Sequence record: DRR723986_12945
Length of the DNA stretch: 35,209 nt
Direction: 5' to 3' (one strand)
Below are positions 20,228 through 31,568 of the stretch, piece after piece. The position numbers were made by a program, and so were the translations under genes. Under the pieces are notes generated by a model. That model was not told the DNA's origin. It saw only the letters and a list, made by a program, of their open reading frames with translations, and did not search any database. Position 1 is the stretch's first letter. Every line of letters begins with the position of its first letter.

Positions 20228-21484
20228 GTGACCGTTTCCGCGATTGGCAACTACGCGCCATTCATCGGCTTGCGCTATAGCTTCAGCCGCAAGCGCACCC
20301 GGTTTACCGCGCTTATTTCCCTGGTGTCGATGCTTGGCATGGTGCTTGGCGTCGCCAGCCTGATCACCGTCCTGTCTGTGATGAACGGCTTTGCCGGTGA
20401 GCTGCGCCAGCGCATTCTGGCACTGGTTCCCCACGGGCAGATCGAGTATCCGGGCCAGGGCATCAGCGATTGGCAGTTGTTGGCGGGGGAGCTGGTACAG
20501 CACCCGGGTGTGCTGGCCGTATCGCCGTTCATCAGCGACAAGGTAATTATTGGCAGCGACCGCAGTCTCCGCGGCGCGGTCCTGACCGCCATCGTGCCAG
20601 ATGCCTCTGCCGCGGTCCCCGGCCTGGAGACTGCTTTTGTTGCAGGTTCGCTGGCGGATCTTGCCGGGCAGCCCTACGGCATTGCCCTGGGTAGTGCGCT
20701 GGCGCGCATCCTGGGTGTGGTGCCGGGCGACCGGGTCGAGGTCACTGTGCCGCGCCTTACCGTTACTCCCCTGGGCATCTTTCCGCGCAGCAAGCGACTG
20801 CTGGTGACCGGCCTGTTCGAGGTTGGAGCCCAGGCGGACGCTTACCAGGCCTATGTGACCCTGGCGACCGGGCAGCGTTTGTTCGCGGAGCAGGGCAGAG
20901 TGGGGGGGCTGCAGATCAGGACCTACGACCTCTACCAGGCGCCGGTGGTGATGGCCGAGCTCGGCGCCAGCCTGCCGACGGGCTATCGCAGCGTGGACTG
21001 GAGCAAGACCCAGGGTTCCCTGTTCCAGGCGGTGAAGATGGAAAAAATCATGGTTAGCCTGCTGCTGCTCAGCGTGGTTGCGGTCGCGGCATTTAATATC
21101 GTCTCCACCCTGGTCATGTCGGTGGCGGAGAAGCGAAGTGACATAGCGGTGTTGCGCACCATGGGCGCGGAGCGGGGCGGCATCATGGCGATTTTTCTCG
21201 CCAATGGGCTGGGTCTCGCGCTTGTGGGTATCGCTGCCGGTGCCCTCCTGGGGATCCTGCTGGCGAGTAATATCGCCGCTATCGTCGCAGCCCTGGAAAG
21301 TCTTTCCGGTCTGAAGTTGTTTGACCCGTCGGTTTATTTCATCAGCGAATTACCCGCACGCTTGTTGTGGGGTGATGTGGCACTGGTGGTCCTCGCTTCG
21401 CTTGGCCTGAGCCTTCTGGCCTCGATCTATCCGGCCTGGCGAGCCGCTCGGATCGCGCCTGCCGAGGTGTTGCGCTATGAGTGA
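20228..21484 (+). CDS. lolC: Lipoprotein-releasing ABC transporter permease (LolC/E family)
   Basis: [63 protein letters not shown]. LolC versus LolE assigned by gene order only. Confidence 0.9.
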   Translation: MTVSAIGNYAPFIGLRYSFSRKRTRFTALISLVSMLGMVLGVASLITVLSVMNGFAGELRQRILALVPHGQIEYPGQGISDWQLLAGELVQHPGVLAVSPFISDKVIIGSDRSLRGAVLTAIVPDASAAVPGLETAFVAGSLADLAGQPYGIALGSALARILGVVPGDRVEVTVPRLTVTPLGIFPRSKRLLVTGLFEVGAQADAYQAYVTLATGQRLFAEQGRVGGLQIRTYDLYQAPVVMAELGASLPTGYRSVDWSKTQGSLFQAVKMEKIMVSLLLLSVVAVAAFNIVSTLVMSVAEKRSDIAVLRTMGAERGGIMAIFLANGLGLALVGIAAGALLGILLASNIAAIVAALESLSGLKLFDPSVYFISELPARLLWGDVALVVLASLGLSLLASIYPAWRAARIAPAEVLRYE

Positions 21485-22160
21485 GCCGGTGCTTGCCTGT
21501 GTTGATCTCGGCCGAACCTACGTGGACGGCGACGAGTCGGTGGTGGTGCTCAGCGGCGTCAACCTGGCGCTGGCTGCTGGTGAGAAAATCGCAGTGGTTG
21601 GCGCTTCCGGGTCGGGTAAATCCACCCTGTTGAACTTGCTCGGTGGCCTGGATCGCCCGACCAGCGGGCAGGTTATCGTGTCGGGGCAGGACCTTGCGCA
21701 GCTTGCCGAGAGCGAGTTGTGTCGTTGGCGTAACCAACGCCTGGGCTTTGTTTACCAGTTCCATCACCTGTTGCCGGAATTCGATGCGCTGGAAAATGTG
21801 GCCATGCCACTGCTGATCGGTGGCCTGGGGCGCGGTGAGGCCCGGGCCCGCGCCGAGGCCCTCCTGCAGCGCGTCGGGATGACGCATCGCCTGCGGCATC
21901 GTCCCAGCCAGCTGTCAGGCGGCGAGCGGCAGCGGGTTGCGATTGCCCGGGCGCTGGTCACCGAGCCCGACTGCGTGCTGATGGATGAGCCCACTGGCAA
22001 CCTCGATCCCCATTCGGCGGCCCAGGTGCTGGCGCTGATCGATGAGTTGGGGCGCGAGCGTTCCTCCTTCGTGGTGGTTACCCATGACCCGGCTATCGCG
22101 GCACGCATGAACCGTACCCTCGAACTGCGGGATGCAGGTTTGTACGGGCTGCCCGGATGA
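21477..22160 (+). CDS. lolD: Lipoprotein-releasing ABC transporter ATPase
   Basis: Walker [45 protein letters not shown]; lies between two Lol permeases. Confidence 0.95.
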   Translation: MSEPVLACVDLGRTYVDGDESVVVLSGVNLALAAGEKIAVVGASGSGKSTLLNLLGGLDRPTSGQVIVSGQDLAQLAESELCRWRNQRLGFVYQFHHLLPEFDALENVAMPLLIGGLGRGEARARAEALLQRVGMTHRLRHRPSQLSGGERQRVAIARALVTEPDCVLMDEPTGNLDPHSAAQVLALIDELGRERSSFVVVTHDPAIAARMNRTLELRDAGLYGLPG

Positions 22161-23395
22161 ATTTCCTGGAACTGTTCGCGATCGCCAGGCGCTACACCTT
22201 TGCCTTCGGCCGCGGCTACCTGTCGAGCTTTCTCTCTTCACTGTCCATGCTCGGCCTGGTGCTGGCGATCACCCTGTTGATCACTGTGCTGTCAGTGATG
22301 AATGGCTTCGACAAGGAGATGCGGGAGCGCATTCTCGCGCTGGTGCCGCATATCACGGTACACGCCTACGACAGCGATGCAGACTGGCAAGCTGCGGCCG
22401 CGACCATCCGGGCTCATCCACAGGTACTGTCAGTGCAGCCCTTCGTGCAGTTTGATGCGCTGTTTATGCGAGGTACGGCGATTGAGACTGCCCGCGGCAC
22501 GGGCCTGGACCCCGATTCCAGTCCCGCCCTGCTGGCGACCCTGGCGGAGGAGCCCCGGGCGTTGTTTGGCAGCAATCCCAAGGGGCTGATTCTGGGTAGC
22601 GGCATCGCCGAGCGCCTGAATGCCAGGGTCGGTGATGCGATTACCCTCATCGTGCCCAGCCTTGAGCGCGGCCGGGGTGCGAGTGCCAGCAGTTTTGAAA
22701 CTCTTAGCCTTAGCGCCATTCTGGACAGTGGCACCGAGTTGGATCAGGTGACGGCGGTGATCCACCGCCCGCTGGCCGGGAAGCTGGCAGGTGACCCTGG
22801 CGGGGTCAGTGGTTTGCAGGTCTTCACCACGGACCTGTTCGATGTGGCCGGCATCGGCTGGGAGTTGATGAACCGCCTGCCGCCCGCCTGGTACGCCACT
22901 AACTGGACCATGACCCACGGCAACCTGTACGCGGCAATCCAGCTGTCGCGAGACCTGGTCAGCATCCTGTTGTTCTCGATCATCGCGGTGGCGGCATTCA
23001 ACGTCGTGTCCTCGCTGGTCCTCGTAGTTTTCGACAAGCGCGGCGACATTGCCATCCTGCGTACCCTTGGCGCTTCACCGCGGCAGATAGGCCTGATTTT
23101 TGTCCTGCAGGGGGCCATGATCGGCCTCGTGGGTGTGGGACTGGGCAGTCTCGCGGGCGTGGCCCTGAGCCGGTTGACGCCAGGCCTGGTGAGTGGACTT
23201 GAGCAACTGCTGGATATCCGGTTCCTGAGTACCGACGTCTATCCTGTGGCCTTTCTGCCGGTCGAGATTGTCGCCACCGATATCGCGCTGGTCGGCGGTG
23301 TCGCCTTCGTTATGTGCCTGCTGGCGGCGATCTATCCTGCGCTGCGGGCGGCACGCCTGTCTCCGGCGCTGGTGTTACACGAGGATGCGGCGTAA
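22157..23395 (+). CDS. lolE: Lipoprotein-releasing ABC transporter permease (LolC/E family)
   Basis: [47 protein letters not shown]. Assignment by gene order. Confidence 0.88.
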   Translation: MNFLELFAIARRYTFAFGRGYLSSFLSSLSMLGLVLAITLLITVLSVMNGFDKEMRERILALVPHITVHAYDSDADWQAAAATIRAHPQVLSVQPFVQFDALFMRGTAIETARGTGLDPDSSPALLATLAEEPRALFGSNPKGLILGSGIAERLNARVGDAITLIVPSLERGRGASASSFETLSLSAILDSGTELDQVTAVIHRPLAGKLAGDPGGVSGLQVFTTDLFDVAGIGWELMNRLPPAWYATNWTMTHGNLYAAIQLSRDLVSILLFSIIAVAAFNVVSSLVLVVFDKRGDIAILRTLGASPRQIGLIFVLQGAMIGLVGVGLGSLAGVALSRLTPGLVSGLEQLLDIRFLSTDVYPVAFLPVEIVATDIALVGGVAFVMCLLAAIYPALRAARLSPALVLHEDAA

Positions 23396-23945
23396 GCGGC
23401 ACCGCGGCTGATTCCAGGGCCGCGCGCTTAGCGTCTCGCCGCTGTTTGCGCTTGCGCCAGTGGCGTGCAACCCGCCAGCGCCATAGCATACTGATGACGA
23501 AATAACCCACCGAGCCGAAGAACAGGCCGCCAACGAAGCAGCCCAGCAGGAAGGGCTGCCAGATTGCGCCCAGGCTGCTGGCGATCCAATCCCAGCTGAG
23601 TTCGAACTCCACTGCCTGCACGGGCACGTTCACCAGCAGTGCGCCGATGCGATAGGCCAGATAGTAGATCGGACCCATGGTCACCGGATTGGTGATCCAT
23701 ACCAGGCCCACCGACAGGGGCAGGTTGCAGCGCAGCCTGACCGCAAGCAGTGCCGACAGCACCATTTGCCCGGGGATTGGCATGAACGCGGTGAACAGGC
23801 CGACAAAAAACGCCATCGACGCCGAGTAACGGTTTATGTGCCAGAGGTTCGGCTCATAAATCCATTCGCCGAGGATTCGCAGCGAGCGAATTTCGCGCAG
23901 ACGCGCTGGGCTCGGTACGAATTGCTTGAGTGTCTTCTTCGGCAT
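23310..23945 (-). CDS. DUF2062 family membrane protein
   Basis: ATG at 23945 (MPKKTLKQF.P), PNLWHINR, VGLF.AFMPIPGQM, NLPLSVGLVWITNP.T; standard neighbour of lolE and comEC. Confidence 0.88.
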   Translation of the reverse strand: MPKKTLKQFVPSPARLREIRSLRILGEWIYEPNLWHINRYSASMAFFVGLFTAFMPIPGQMVLSALLAVRLRCNLPLSVGLVWITNPVTMGPIYYLAYRIGALLVNVPVQAVEFELSWDWIASSLGAIWQPFLLGCFVGGLFFGSVGYFVISMLWRWRVARHWRKRKQRRDAKRAALESAAVPLTPHPRVTPAPETGVPPAAQDRSPPAGT

Positions 23946-24055
23946 GTGTCTATTGGTTGATTCTGATGTTCTTCCCGATTGGGCTGTGTGATTGACTGAA
24001 TCGCGGGGCCTGTGCGGCCGCCCATTATGCCTGTTGTTGTGTGGGGGCACTAGCA

Positions 24056-26344
24056 ATGTGGGTTTGGATAATCGGAGCGCTGGCCGGTCTGTCGCTTGCC
24101 CTGTTCCAATCGACTCTGCCGCCCCCGGCACTACTGTGGGCTCTGGCAGTCAGCGGCCTGTTGCTGTTACGGGCGGGCGCTCGTTACTGGCGCTGCTGCT
24201 GCGGATGCCTGCTCGGCTATTGCTGGTGCTGCCTGGCGGGACTGGAGCAGCAGGCCCGTGTGTTGCCGGACGATTGCCAACGCGAACCCCTGGTCGTGCA
24301 CGGGCGGGTTCAGGGTCTGCCCCGGGAAACACTGTTTGATGACAAGCGGCGGCGCCAGCGCTTCGAATTCGCCGTCCTGGCACTGCATCCCATGCATTGC
24401 CGGGGGCCCGCCACGGTGCTGCTGTCTTACTACGGCGATGAGCAAATCGAGCCGGGGGAGACCTGGCAGTTCAAGGTGCGCCTGAGGCAGGCCCGCGGGT
24501 TGGCCAATCCCGGATCGTTCTCATTCCAGGCCTGGTATATGCAGAGCGGAATTGACGCCCTGGGTTCGGTGCGTGGAGAGGGTGTGCGAATCGGCCGGGA
24601 AGTGGATTTGGGGCAGCTGCACCATCGCCTGCGGCTCAGGGTCAGTCGGGCCATCGCGGCGCTGGACCTGGCTGATGAGCTGCGCGCGGTGCTGCGTGCC
24701 ATAACCGTTGCCGACAGGAGCGGGCTGACGCCTGCCAGCTGGCAATTGTTCCAGGCGCTGGGTATCAGTCATCTGCTGGTGATTTCGGGGCTGCATATTG
24801 GCATGGTGGCCGGCCTCGGTGCGCTCACGGGTCTTGTTGTGCAGCGTTTTCTGGTCATGAGTGGATTCTACCTGCCCCGGCATCCGGGCCCGCTGATGGC
24901 TTTGGCGGCCGGAACATCGTATGCCGCACTGGCGGGATTTTCCGTGGCTACCCAGCGCGCGCTCCTCATGCTGCTCATGTTCTGTATGGCCGCCTTGCTG
25001 CAGCGCAGCAGCAGGGCATGGCTGAGCCTGCTGTATGCCGTGGCGCTGATCCTGCTGCTGAACCCGTTTGCGGCGCTGGGCAGCGGCTTCTGGCTCAGTA
25101 TCGGTGCAGTCGCCATGCTGCTCTGGTGGAGCCAGTGGCATCCTGACCAGGGTCTCGTCGGCAGGGTGCTGTCGGTTCACCTGTGGATGTCAGTGGCAAT
25201 GCTGCCGATGACCGGCTGGTGGTTTGGTGGCGGAAGCCTGATCGCGGGCCTGGTCAACGCCTTGATGGTGCCACTGGTAAGCCTCTGGGTAGTCCCCCTT
25301 AGCCTGCTGGCTACCGGCCTCGAGCTACTTGGCATGCCAGGCTCAAGCTCGCTGTGGTCCTGGGCGGTTCAGCCCGTTGCGGTCTTGTACCCCTTCGCGA
25401 CGAGGCTGGTGAGCGGCGAGTCGCCCTGGGTTTACGCGAGCTTTACCCCGGGCCTGCTGGCTGCCGGTCTCGCGCTGCTTGCCCTGATGAGTCTTGTTCT
25501 GCCGATGACGATGCGCAGTCGCGGCTGCCTGATCGCGGCTCTTCTGCCGCTGGCGCTGCTCGGCAAGGAGCGTCAGCAAGCCGGCATCCGCCTGATCGGC
25601 CTGGACGTGGGGCAGGGCACCGCTATGGTGCTGCTCAGCAGGAGCAGGGCGCTGGTCTACGATACGGGTGGTGGCGACCCGGCGGGTCTTACCATCGCCG
25701 ATAGCGTGGTGCTGCCTTTTCTGCGGGGAGAGGGGGTCGCCCGGCTCGACACGCTGGTGATCAGTCATCCGGATACCGATCACAGCGCGGGTGCCCGGAG
25801 CCTCAGCCGAGCCCTGCCGGCAAGCAGGCAGCTTGCCGGACTGCCTCTGGGTGCCCTGCCGCAGGCGATGCCCTGTCGCACAGGGCTTGCCTGGCGCTGG
25901 CCTGAGGGTGTTCGGTTCCAGGTGCTTGCCGGCGGCGATTCCCACGTCCAGAGCAGCAATGATGCGAGCTGTGTGCTGGCGATCGAGTACGCCGGGCAAC
26001 GCTTGTTACTTCCAGGCGATATCAGTTCCCGGCGAGAGCGTGAGCTGGTGCGTTACTGGCGTGACCAGCTTGACGCCAGCTGGTTGCTGGCGGCGCATCA
26101 TGGCAGTCACAGCTCCTCCGGAGAGGCCTGGATGAAAACCGTCTCCCCGGACCTGGTCCTGTTCAGTCACGGTCATGGCAATCGATTCGGTCACCCGCAC
26201 ACTGCCGTTGTGCAGCGGGTGGAGCGCGCCGGCGCTCAGTGGCAAAGTACAGCGGATGCCGGCGCGGTGGAGTACCGCGTGGCCGAGGATGGCCGGATCA
26301 CTGTCCACAAATACCGCGAAACTCTGGATTTCTGGTGGATGTGA
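24056..26344 (+). CDS. comEC: DNA internalization competence protein ComEC/Rec2
   Basis: OB-like region with ANPGSF, competence-domain HLLVISGLHIG, metallo-beta-lactamase DVGQG / SHPDTDH / GDI / HHGS / NRFGHPH; frame intact. Confidence 0.93.
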   Translation: MWVWIIGALAGLSLALFQSTLPPPALLWALAVSGLLLLRAGARYWRCCCGCLLGYCWCCLAGLEQQARVLPDDCQREPLVVHGRVQGLPRETLFDDKRRRQRFEFAVLALHPMHCRGPATVLLSYYGDEQIEPGETWQFKVRLRQARGLANPGSFSFQAWYMQSGIDALGSVRGEGVRIGREVDLGQLHHRLRLRVSRAIAALDLADELRAVLRAITVADRSGLTPASWQLFQALGISHLLVISGLHIGMVAGLGALTGLVVQRFLVMSGFYLPRHPGPLMALAAGTSYAALAGFSVATQRALLMLLMFCMAALLQRSSRAWLSLLYAVALILLLNPFAALGSGFWLSIGAVAMLLWWSQWHPDQGLVGRVLSVHLWMSVAMLPMTGWWFGGGSLIAGLVNALMVPLVSLWVVPLSLLATGLELLGMPGSSSLWSWAVQPVAVLYPFATRLVSGESPWVYASFTPGLLAAGLALLALMSLVLPMTMRSRGCLIAALLPLALLGKERQQAGIRLIGLDVGQGTAMVLLSRSRALVYDTGGGDPAGLTIADSVVLPFLRGEGVARLDTLVISHPDTDHSAGARSLSRALPASRQLAGLPLGALPQAMPCRTGLAWRWPEGVRFQVLAGGDSHVQSSNDASCVLAIEYAGQRLLLPGDISSRRERELVRYWRDQLDASWLLAAHHGSHSSSGEAWMKTVSPDLVLFSHGHGNRFGHPHTAVVQRVERAGAQWQSTADAGAVEYRVAEDGRITVHKYRETLDFWWM

Positions 26345-26415
26345 CATTTTGCCAGCTACCCTGCGGGTATGTGGGGCGTATAATGTTCGCCAGGATAATA
26401 AACGGGGACACAGAC

Positions 26416-27039
26416 GTGTTGGAACTGGTTACCGCAGGTGGTTGGCTGATGGTGCTTATCCTCCTCAGTTCGATCATTGCCGTGGCAATATGCATCGAGC
26501 GGCTCTACACGCTTAATCCGAAGAAAATCGCCCCGCCTCATCTGCTGGCCACCGTGTGGAAGCAACTCAAGGCCGGCGAGATGGATGCCGGCAAATTGAA
26601 GACCCTGAAGCAGTCTTCACCGCTGGGGCGGATTCTGGCGGCGGGCCTGGGTAATGCCTATCACGGTCGTGAAGTGATGAAGGAAAGTATTCAGGAGGCG
26701 GCAGGACACGTGGTCCATGAACTGGAGCGCTACCTTAACACCCTGGGTACCATTGCCGCTGTCGCACCCTTACTGGGTCTGCTGGGCACCGTTGTCGGTA
26801 TGATCAGGGTGTTCGCGGAAATCATGGCGCAGGGAACCGGCAACGCCAGTGCCCTCGCCGGTGGCATTTCCGAGGCGCTTATTACAACCGCCGCAGGCCT
26901 CAGCGTCGCCATTCCGGCGCTGGTTATGCACCGCTATTTCGTCGGCCGCATCGATGGCATTGTGGTTGAACTGGAGCAGGAGACCATCAAGTTGGTTGAT
27001 GCCCTGCACAGCGAAGAGAACACGGAAGCCAGCGCTTGA
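26416..27039 (+). CDS. exbB: MotA/TolQ/ExbB proton channel family protein
   Basis: GTG at 26416 (MLELVTAGGWLM), LGTIAAVAPLLGLLGTVVGMI, GISEALITTAAGL; a TATAAT lies at 26379-26384 upstream. Confidence 0.9.
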   Translation: MLELVTAGGWLMVLILLSSIIAVAICIERLYTLNPKKIAPPHLLATVWKQLKAGEMDAGKLKTLKQSSPLGRILAAGLGNAYHGREVMKESIQEAAGHVVHELERYLNTLGTIAAVAPLLGLLGTVVGMIRVFAEIMAQGTGNASALAGGISEALITTAAGLSVAIPALVMHRYFVGRIDGIVVELEQETIKLVDALHSEENTEASA

Positions 27040-27464
27040 AATTTCGCCGCCAGCGCCGGGAAGAGCTCGGGGTTAACCTGACCCCGCTGATAGACGTGGT
27101 GTTCCTGCTGCTCATCTTTTTCATGGTGTCGACAACATTCACCCGGGAGACGCAGCTCTCTATCGACCTGCCTGAGGCTGCCGGCAAGCTCGCCGAGGCC
27201 GTGGACAAGCAGATTGAAATACTGATTGATGAGCAGGGCGCCTATCGGGTCAATGGCCAGGGCCTGGTGGACGACCGGATGCGGACCTTGCAGGCGGCGA
27301 TCTACAAGATTTCCGCCGGCGACACCACGCTGCCAATGATCATAACCGCCGATGCACAGGCCACCCACCAGTCGGTGGTGCGGGCGATGGACGCGGCCGG
27401 GCAGATGGGCTTTGTTCACCTGAGTATTACCACGCGACAACCTGCGGAGCGCGCTGATGGCTGA
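27036..27464 (+). CDS. exbD: ExbD/TolR family protein
   Basis: NLTPLIDVVFLLLIFFMVSTTF, I.LP.A, I.ADA...HQ.VV..MD; TTG start overlaps the upstream stop. Confidence 0.92.
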   Translation: MKFRRQRREELGVNLTPLIDVVFLLLIFFMVSTTFTRETQLSIDLPEAAGKLAEAVDKQIEILIDEQGAYRVNGQGLVDDRMRTLQAAIYKISAGDTTLPMIITADAQATHQSVVRAMDAAGQMGFVHLSITTRQPAERADG

Positions 27465-29298
27465 GGGCGCAAACATCGACGCCGCAGGGAAACCGGGCAG
27501 ACCGACCGACTGGCAGCTATATCGACGCCTGCTCGGTTACATCATTCCCTACTGGTACATCTTTGTGTTCAGTCTCCTGGGCTACATCGTGTACTCGCTG
27601 GGCAATGTGTTGCTGGCGGACCTCATGCAGTTCCTGCTCGATTCGCTGAACCAGTCTGACTCCGTGGATTCGGGTATCGTCTCCGGCGCAGCCTACAAGC
27701 TGATGGACTCCGAGGGCATGACCAAGCTGGAGTTTGCTCGCATTGCTGTTCCCGTGGCCGCGGTGACTCTGGCTTTCATACGGGCGATGGGCTTTTTTGT
27801 CGGTACCTATTTCATGAACCACGTTGCGCGCAACCTGATCCACCAATTGCGCTGCGACCTGTTCGATAAAATGCTGGTGGCGCCGAGCACCTATTACGAT
27901 CGCCACAGCCATGGTGTGTTGATTTCCAAGATCACATTCAATGTCGAACAGGTGAGTGGGGCAGCAACCAAAGCCCTGCGCACCATTGTGCGGGAAGGGC
28001 TGACCGTGATCGCCCTGCTCAGCTATATGCTTTACCTGAACTGGCGCCTGAGCCTGGTATTCTTCGCGGTAGCGCCGCTTATCGCGCTGGTCGTGTCGGT
28101 GGTTGGCAAGCACTTCCGCCGCTACAGCCGCAAGATCCAGGCCTCCATGGGGGATGTAACCCAGGTCTCCAATGAAAGCATCGGGGCGTTCAAGGAAGTG
28201 CGGGTATTCGGCGGCCAGGCGCACCAGGGCGACAGGTTCCGCGATGCCAGTTCCTATAATCGAATCCAGAGCCTCAAGCTGGCATTTGCCGACGCCCTGG
28301 CGACGCCGGTTATCCAGACCTTGCTGGCGCTGTCGCTGGCCGTGCTGGTCTGGTTCGCTTTGAATCCCGATATCCTGTCAGGGTTCAGCGCCGGCTCCCT
28401 GGTGGCGTTCCTGACCGCCGCCGGCCAGCTGGGCAAGCCGATCCGCTCGCTCTCCGGTGTGCAGAGTATTATCCAGCGCGGCCTTGCCGCCTCCGAGGAT
28501 ATTTTCGCGCAGCTCGACGAGGAGGAAGAGGAGGACAGGGGGACCTTCGAGACCGCGCGTGCCCGCGGAGAGCTCAGTTTCCGACACCTCAACTTTACCT
28601 ACCCGGGGGGCGACGGTGCGGTATTGCATGACTTCTCCCTGGATGTGGGAGCCGGGGAAACCGTGGCGCTGGTCGGGCGATCGGGCAGCGGTAAGACCAC
28701 CCTGGTGCAACTGCTCGCCAGGTTCTACATCCCGGATTCGGGCGAGATCCTGCTCGACGGTGTGCCGATCCGCGATTACCGGCTGGAGAATCTCCGCCAG
28801 CAGTTGGCCATGGTGTCGCAGGGCGTGACCCTGTTCCAGGATACCGTTTTCAACAATGTCGCTTACGGCAGCCTCGCCCATGCAACCCGGGAGAAGGTGG
28901 TCGCGGCGGCGGATTCGGCTTACGCCACCCCGTTTATTGAAACCATGCCTGAAGGCTTCGACACCATGCTCGGGGATGATGGCGGCGGGCTCAGCGGTGG
29001 CCAGCGCCAGCGTATTGCGATTGCCCGCGCCATCCTCAAGGATGCCCCGGTACTGGTGCTGGATGAAGCCACCTCGGCACTCGATAACGAATCGGAACAC
29101 CGTATCCAGCGTGCGCTGGAGGGCATCATGGCGGACCGGACCACGCTGGTGATAGCGCACCGGCTATCTACCGTGGAGCGGGCGGACCGGATCGTGGTGA
29201 TGGACGCCGGCAATATCGTGGCTGTCGGAACCCATGCCGAACTCCTCGCCGAGGGCGGGCTATACGCCCAGCTCTATAACCAGGCCTTTACCGACTAG
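27457..29298 (+). CDS. msbA: Lipid A export ABC transporter MsbA
   Basis: TM domain plus ABC domain (GRSGSGKT, LSGGQRQRIAIARA, LDEATSALD, IAHRLST); directly upstream of lpxK. Confidence 0.93.
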   Translation: MAEGANIDAAGKPGRPTDWQLYRRLLGYIIPYWYIFVFSLLGYIVYSLGNVLLADLMQFLLDSLNQSDSVDSGIVSGAAYKLMDSEGMTKLEFARIAVPVAAVTLAFIRAMGFFVGTYFMNHVARNLIHQLRCDLFDKMLVAPSTYYDRHSHGVLISKITFNVEQVSGAATKALRTIVREGLTVIALLSYMLYLNWRLSLVFFAVAPLIALVVSVVGKHFRRYSRKIQASMGDVTQVSNESIGAFKEVRVFGGQAHQGDRFRDASSYNRIQSLKLAFADALATPVIQTLLALSLAVLVWFALNPDILSGFSAGSLVAFLTAAGQLGKPIRSLSGVQSIIQRGLAASEDIFAQLDEEEEEDRGTFETARARGELSFRHLNFTYPGGDGAVLHDFSLDVGAGETVALVGRSGSGKTTLVQLLARFYIPDSGEILLDGVPIRDYRLENLRQQLAMVSQGVTLFQDTVFNNVAYGSLAHATREKVVAAADSAYATPFIETMPEGFDTMLGDDGGGLSGGQRQRIAIARAILKDAPVLVLDEATSALDNESEHRIQRALEGIMADRTTLVIAHRLSTVERADRIVVMDAGNIVAVGTHAELLAEGGLYAQLYNQAFTD

Positions 29299-29303
29299 GC
29301 CCG

Positions 29304-30302
29304 GTGGCGGATTCCTTCCTCGTTCAGGCCTGGTACCGCAAATCGCCCTGGCTCTGGGTGCTGCGGCCACTGGAGCTGGTTTTCCGCGCTATCGCCTTCC
29401 TGCGTCGCCTGGGCTTTCGCTCCGGCCTGTTCAAGGTCTTTCGCAGTGATGTGCCGGTAGTCGTGGTGGGTAATATCACTGTGGGTGGTACCGGCAAGAC
29501 GCCGGTCGTGATTGCCCTGGTGGAGGCCCTGCAAGCACGTGGCCTGCGCCCCGGCGTGGTCAGCCGCGGTTACGGTGGCAGGGCTGAGGCCTACCCATTC
29601 ACGGTGTCTGCCCACAGCGACCCCGGCGCCTGTGGGGATGAGCCACTGTTAATTCATCGTCGCACCGGCTGCCCGGTGGTAGTCGATCCGGATCGGGTAG
29701 CGGCCTTACGCCAGCTTGTGGCTGAGGGCGACATCGATGTAGTGATCAGTGACGATGGCCTGCAGCATTACGCGCTTGCCCGCGATATGGAGATCGTGCT
29801 GCTTGATGGCGAGCGCGGGCTTGGCAATGGCTGGTGCCTGCCTGCCGGGCCGCTGAGGGAGCCTGCCGCGCGCCTCGCATCCACCGATTGGCTTTTGGAA
29901 CGTGGCGGCAGCAAGCCCGAGGGTTCGTTCCGGTATGCGCCGGGCCAGCTCAGGCGGTTGGTGGACGGAGAAGCGCGCAGTCCCGAGCAGCCGGGTTTTG
30001 GGCCGGAGGTTCGCGCGATAGCTGGTATTGGGCAGCCCGCGCAGTTTTTCGAGACTCTGGAGACCCTCGGCTTCCGGGTGAGAAAGCACCCGTTTCCCGA
30101 CCATCACGCCTACCGTCCCGGCGATTTCATCGGTCTGGATGACCTGCCGATTATCATGACCGAAAAGGACGCGGTAAAATGCGGGACGCTGGCGGGGCAG
30201 GACGCCTGGTACCTGGCGGTCGATGCTATTCTGCCCGAGCCGCTGCTGGACGCGGCAGCCAGGCTGGCCCAGCGGTCAGGGTCCAGCGCGGCGCGCCCTT
30301 AA
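29304..30302 (+). CDS. lpxK: Tetraacyldisaccharide 4'-kinase
   Basis: [56 protein letters not shown]. Confidence 0.96.
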   Translation: MADSFLVQAWYRKSPWLWVLRPLELVFRAIAFLRRLGFRSGLFKVFRSDVPVVVVGNITVGGTGKTPVVIALVEALQARGLRPGVVSRGYGGRAEAYPFTVSAHSDPGACGDEPLLIHRRTGCPVVVDPDRVAALRQLVAEGDIDVVISDDGLQHYALARDMEIVLLDGERGLGNGWCLPAGPLREPAARLASTDWLLERGGSKPEGSFRYAPGQLRRLVDGEARSPEQPGFGPEVRAIAGIGQPAQFFETLETLGFRVRKHPFPDHHAYRPGDFIGLDDLPIIMTEKDAVKCGTLAGQDAWYLAVDAILPEPLLDAAARLAQRSGSSAARP

Positions 30303-30325
30303 CTCGTAGAACACACAGGAATCGT

Positions 30326-31093
30326 ATGTCGTTTTCCGTTGTCATTCCGGCCCGTTTCGGCTCCACCCGGCTACCCGGTAAGCCCTTGCTCGACATTGCC
30401 GGTAAGCCGATGGTGCAGCGGGTCTGGGAGCAGGCCCTGGCCAGTGCCGCCGCCCGGGTATTGATAGCCACCGATGATCAGCGGATCGCCGATGTGGCAT
30501 TCGCTTTTGGAGCCGATGTCTGCCTGACCGATCCCACTCATCCCTCTGGCACTGATCGGCTTGCCGAGGTGGCGCGCCTGCAGGGTTTTGATGAGCAGCA
30601 TATTGTGGTCAATGTGCAGGGGGACGAGCCAATGATCCCCCCCGCAGTGATCGATCAGGTAGCGGGCAATCTGGCCGCGAATCCCGAGGCGGCTATCGCG
30701 ACCTTATGTGAGCCCCTGAATGCGCAAGAGGAACTGCGTAATCCCAACGCGGTAAAAGTGGTGGCGGATCACAAGGGTATGGCGCTGTACTTCAGTCGCG
30801 CGCCAATCCCCTGGCCGCGCGACGCCTTCGCCGCTGGCGAGTCACTGCCCGGGGCAAGCGCCTGGTTCCGCCACATCGGGATCTATGCGTATCGGGCGGG
30901 GTTCCTGCAGCGCTTTGTCAGCTGGCCGCCCGCTGAGATCGAACGTCTGGAGCAGCTCGAACAACTGCGGGCGCTATATAATGGCGAGCGTATTCACGTG
31001 GACAGCGCCTGCGAATCGGTGCCGGCGGGGGTCGACACGGAAGCGGACCTCGATGCGGTTCGGCGCAGTATTAATACCGTGCCCGATGCCTGA
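30326..31093 (+). CDS. kdsB: 3-deoxy-manno-octulosonate cytidylyltransferase (CMP-Kdo synthetase)
   Basis: ATG at 30326 with [62 protein letters not shown]. Confidence 0.96.
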   Translation: MSFSVVIPARFGSTRLPGKPLLDIAGKPMVQRVWEQALASAAARVLIATDDQRIADVAFAFGADVCLTDPTHPSGTDRLAEVARLQGFDEQHIVVNVQGDEPMIPPAVIDQVAGNLAANPEAAIATLCEPLNAQEELRNPNAVKVVADHKGMALYFSRAPIPWPRDAFAAGESLPGASAWFRHIGIYAYRAGFLQRFVSWPPAEIERLEQLEQLRALYNGERIHVDSACESVPAGVDTEADLDAVRRSINTVPDA

Positions 31094-31568
31094 GAACAGC
31101 ACAAGCGTACTGTTCGTATGCCTGGGCAATATTTGTCGCTCGCCCACGGCGCATGGCGTGTTCGAAAGCCGGGTCAAGGAGCGGGGGCTTTCAACCTGGT
31201 TGGCGGTTGACTCCTGCGGTACCGGTGGCTGGCACGTTGGCGAGGCGCCGGACAGGCGAGCGATAGCCGCCGCCAGTGCCCGTGGCTATGCGCTGGCGCA
31301 GCTGCGCGCACGGCAGCTGCACTCAGCCGACTTTGATCGGTTCGATTACATCCTGGCCATGGATCACAGTAACCTCAGTGACCTGAAACGACTCTGTCCC
31401 CGTGATTACCGCGGCCACCTCGGGCTATTTCTCGACTTTGATCCCCGGGCTGAGCGGGTCGAAGTGCCTGACCCCTATTACGGTGGCGAGGAGGGCTTCG
31501 ACCATGTACTTGACCTGGTAGAGCGGGCGAGCGATGGCCTGCTGCAAGCGATTCTCGATGCGCGTTGA
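31086..31568 (+). CDS. ptpA: Low-molecular-weight protein-tyrosine phosphatase
   Basis: [15 protein letters not shown] (CX5R), DSCGT..WH.G..PD.R, ILAMD, VPDPYYG; ATG at 31086 overlaps the kdsB end. Confidence 0.92.
   Translation: MPENSTSVLFVCLGNICRSPTAHGVFESRVKERGLSTWLAVDSCGTGGWHVGEAPDRRAIAAASARGYALAQLRARQLHSADFDRFDYILAMDHSNLSDLKRLCPRDYRGHLGLFLDFDPRAERVEVPDPYYGGEEGFDHVLDLVERASDGLLQAILDAR

Noticed and set aside
23946..24055. Possible CRP/CRP-S competence site upstream of comEC (TGTGA half-site)
   Set aside because: No matching second half-site at the 6-bp spacing.
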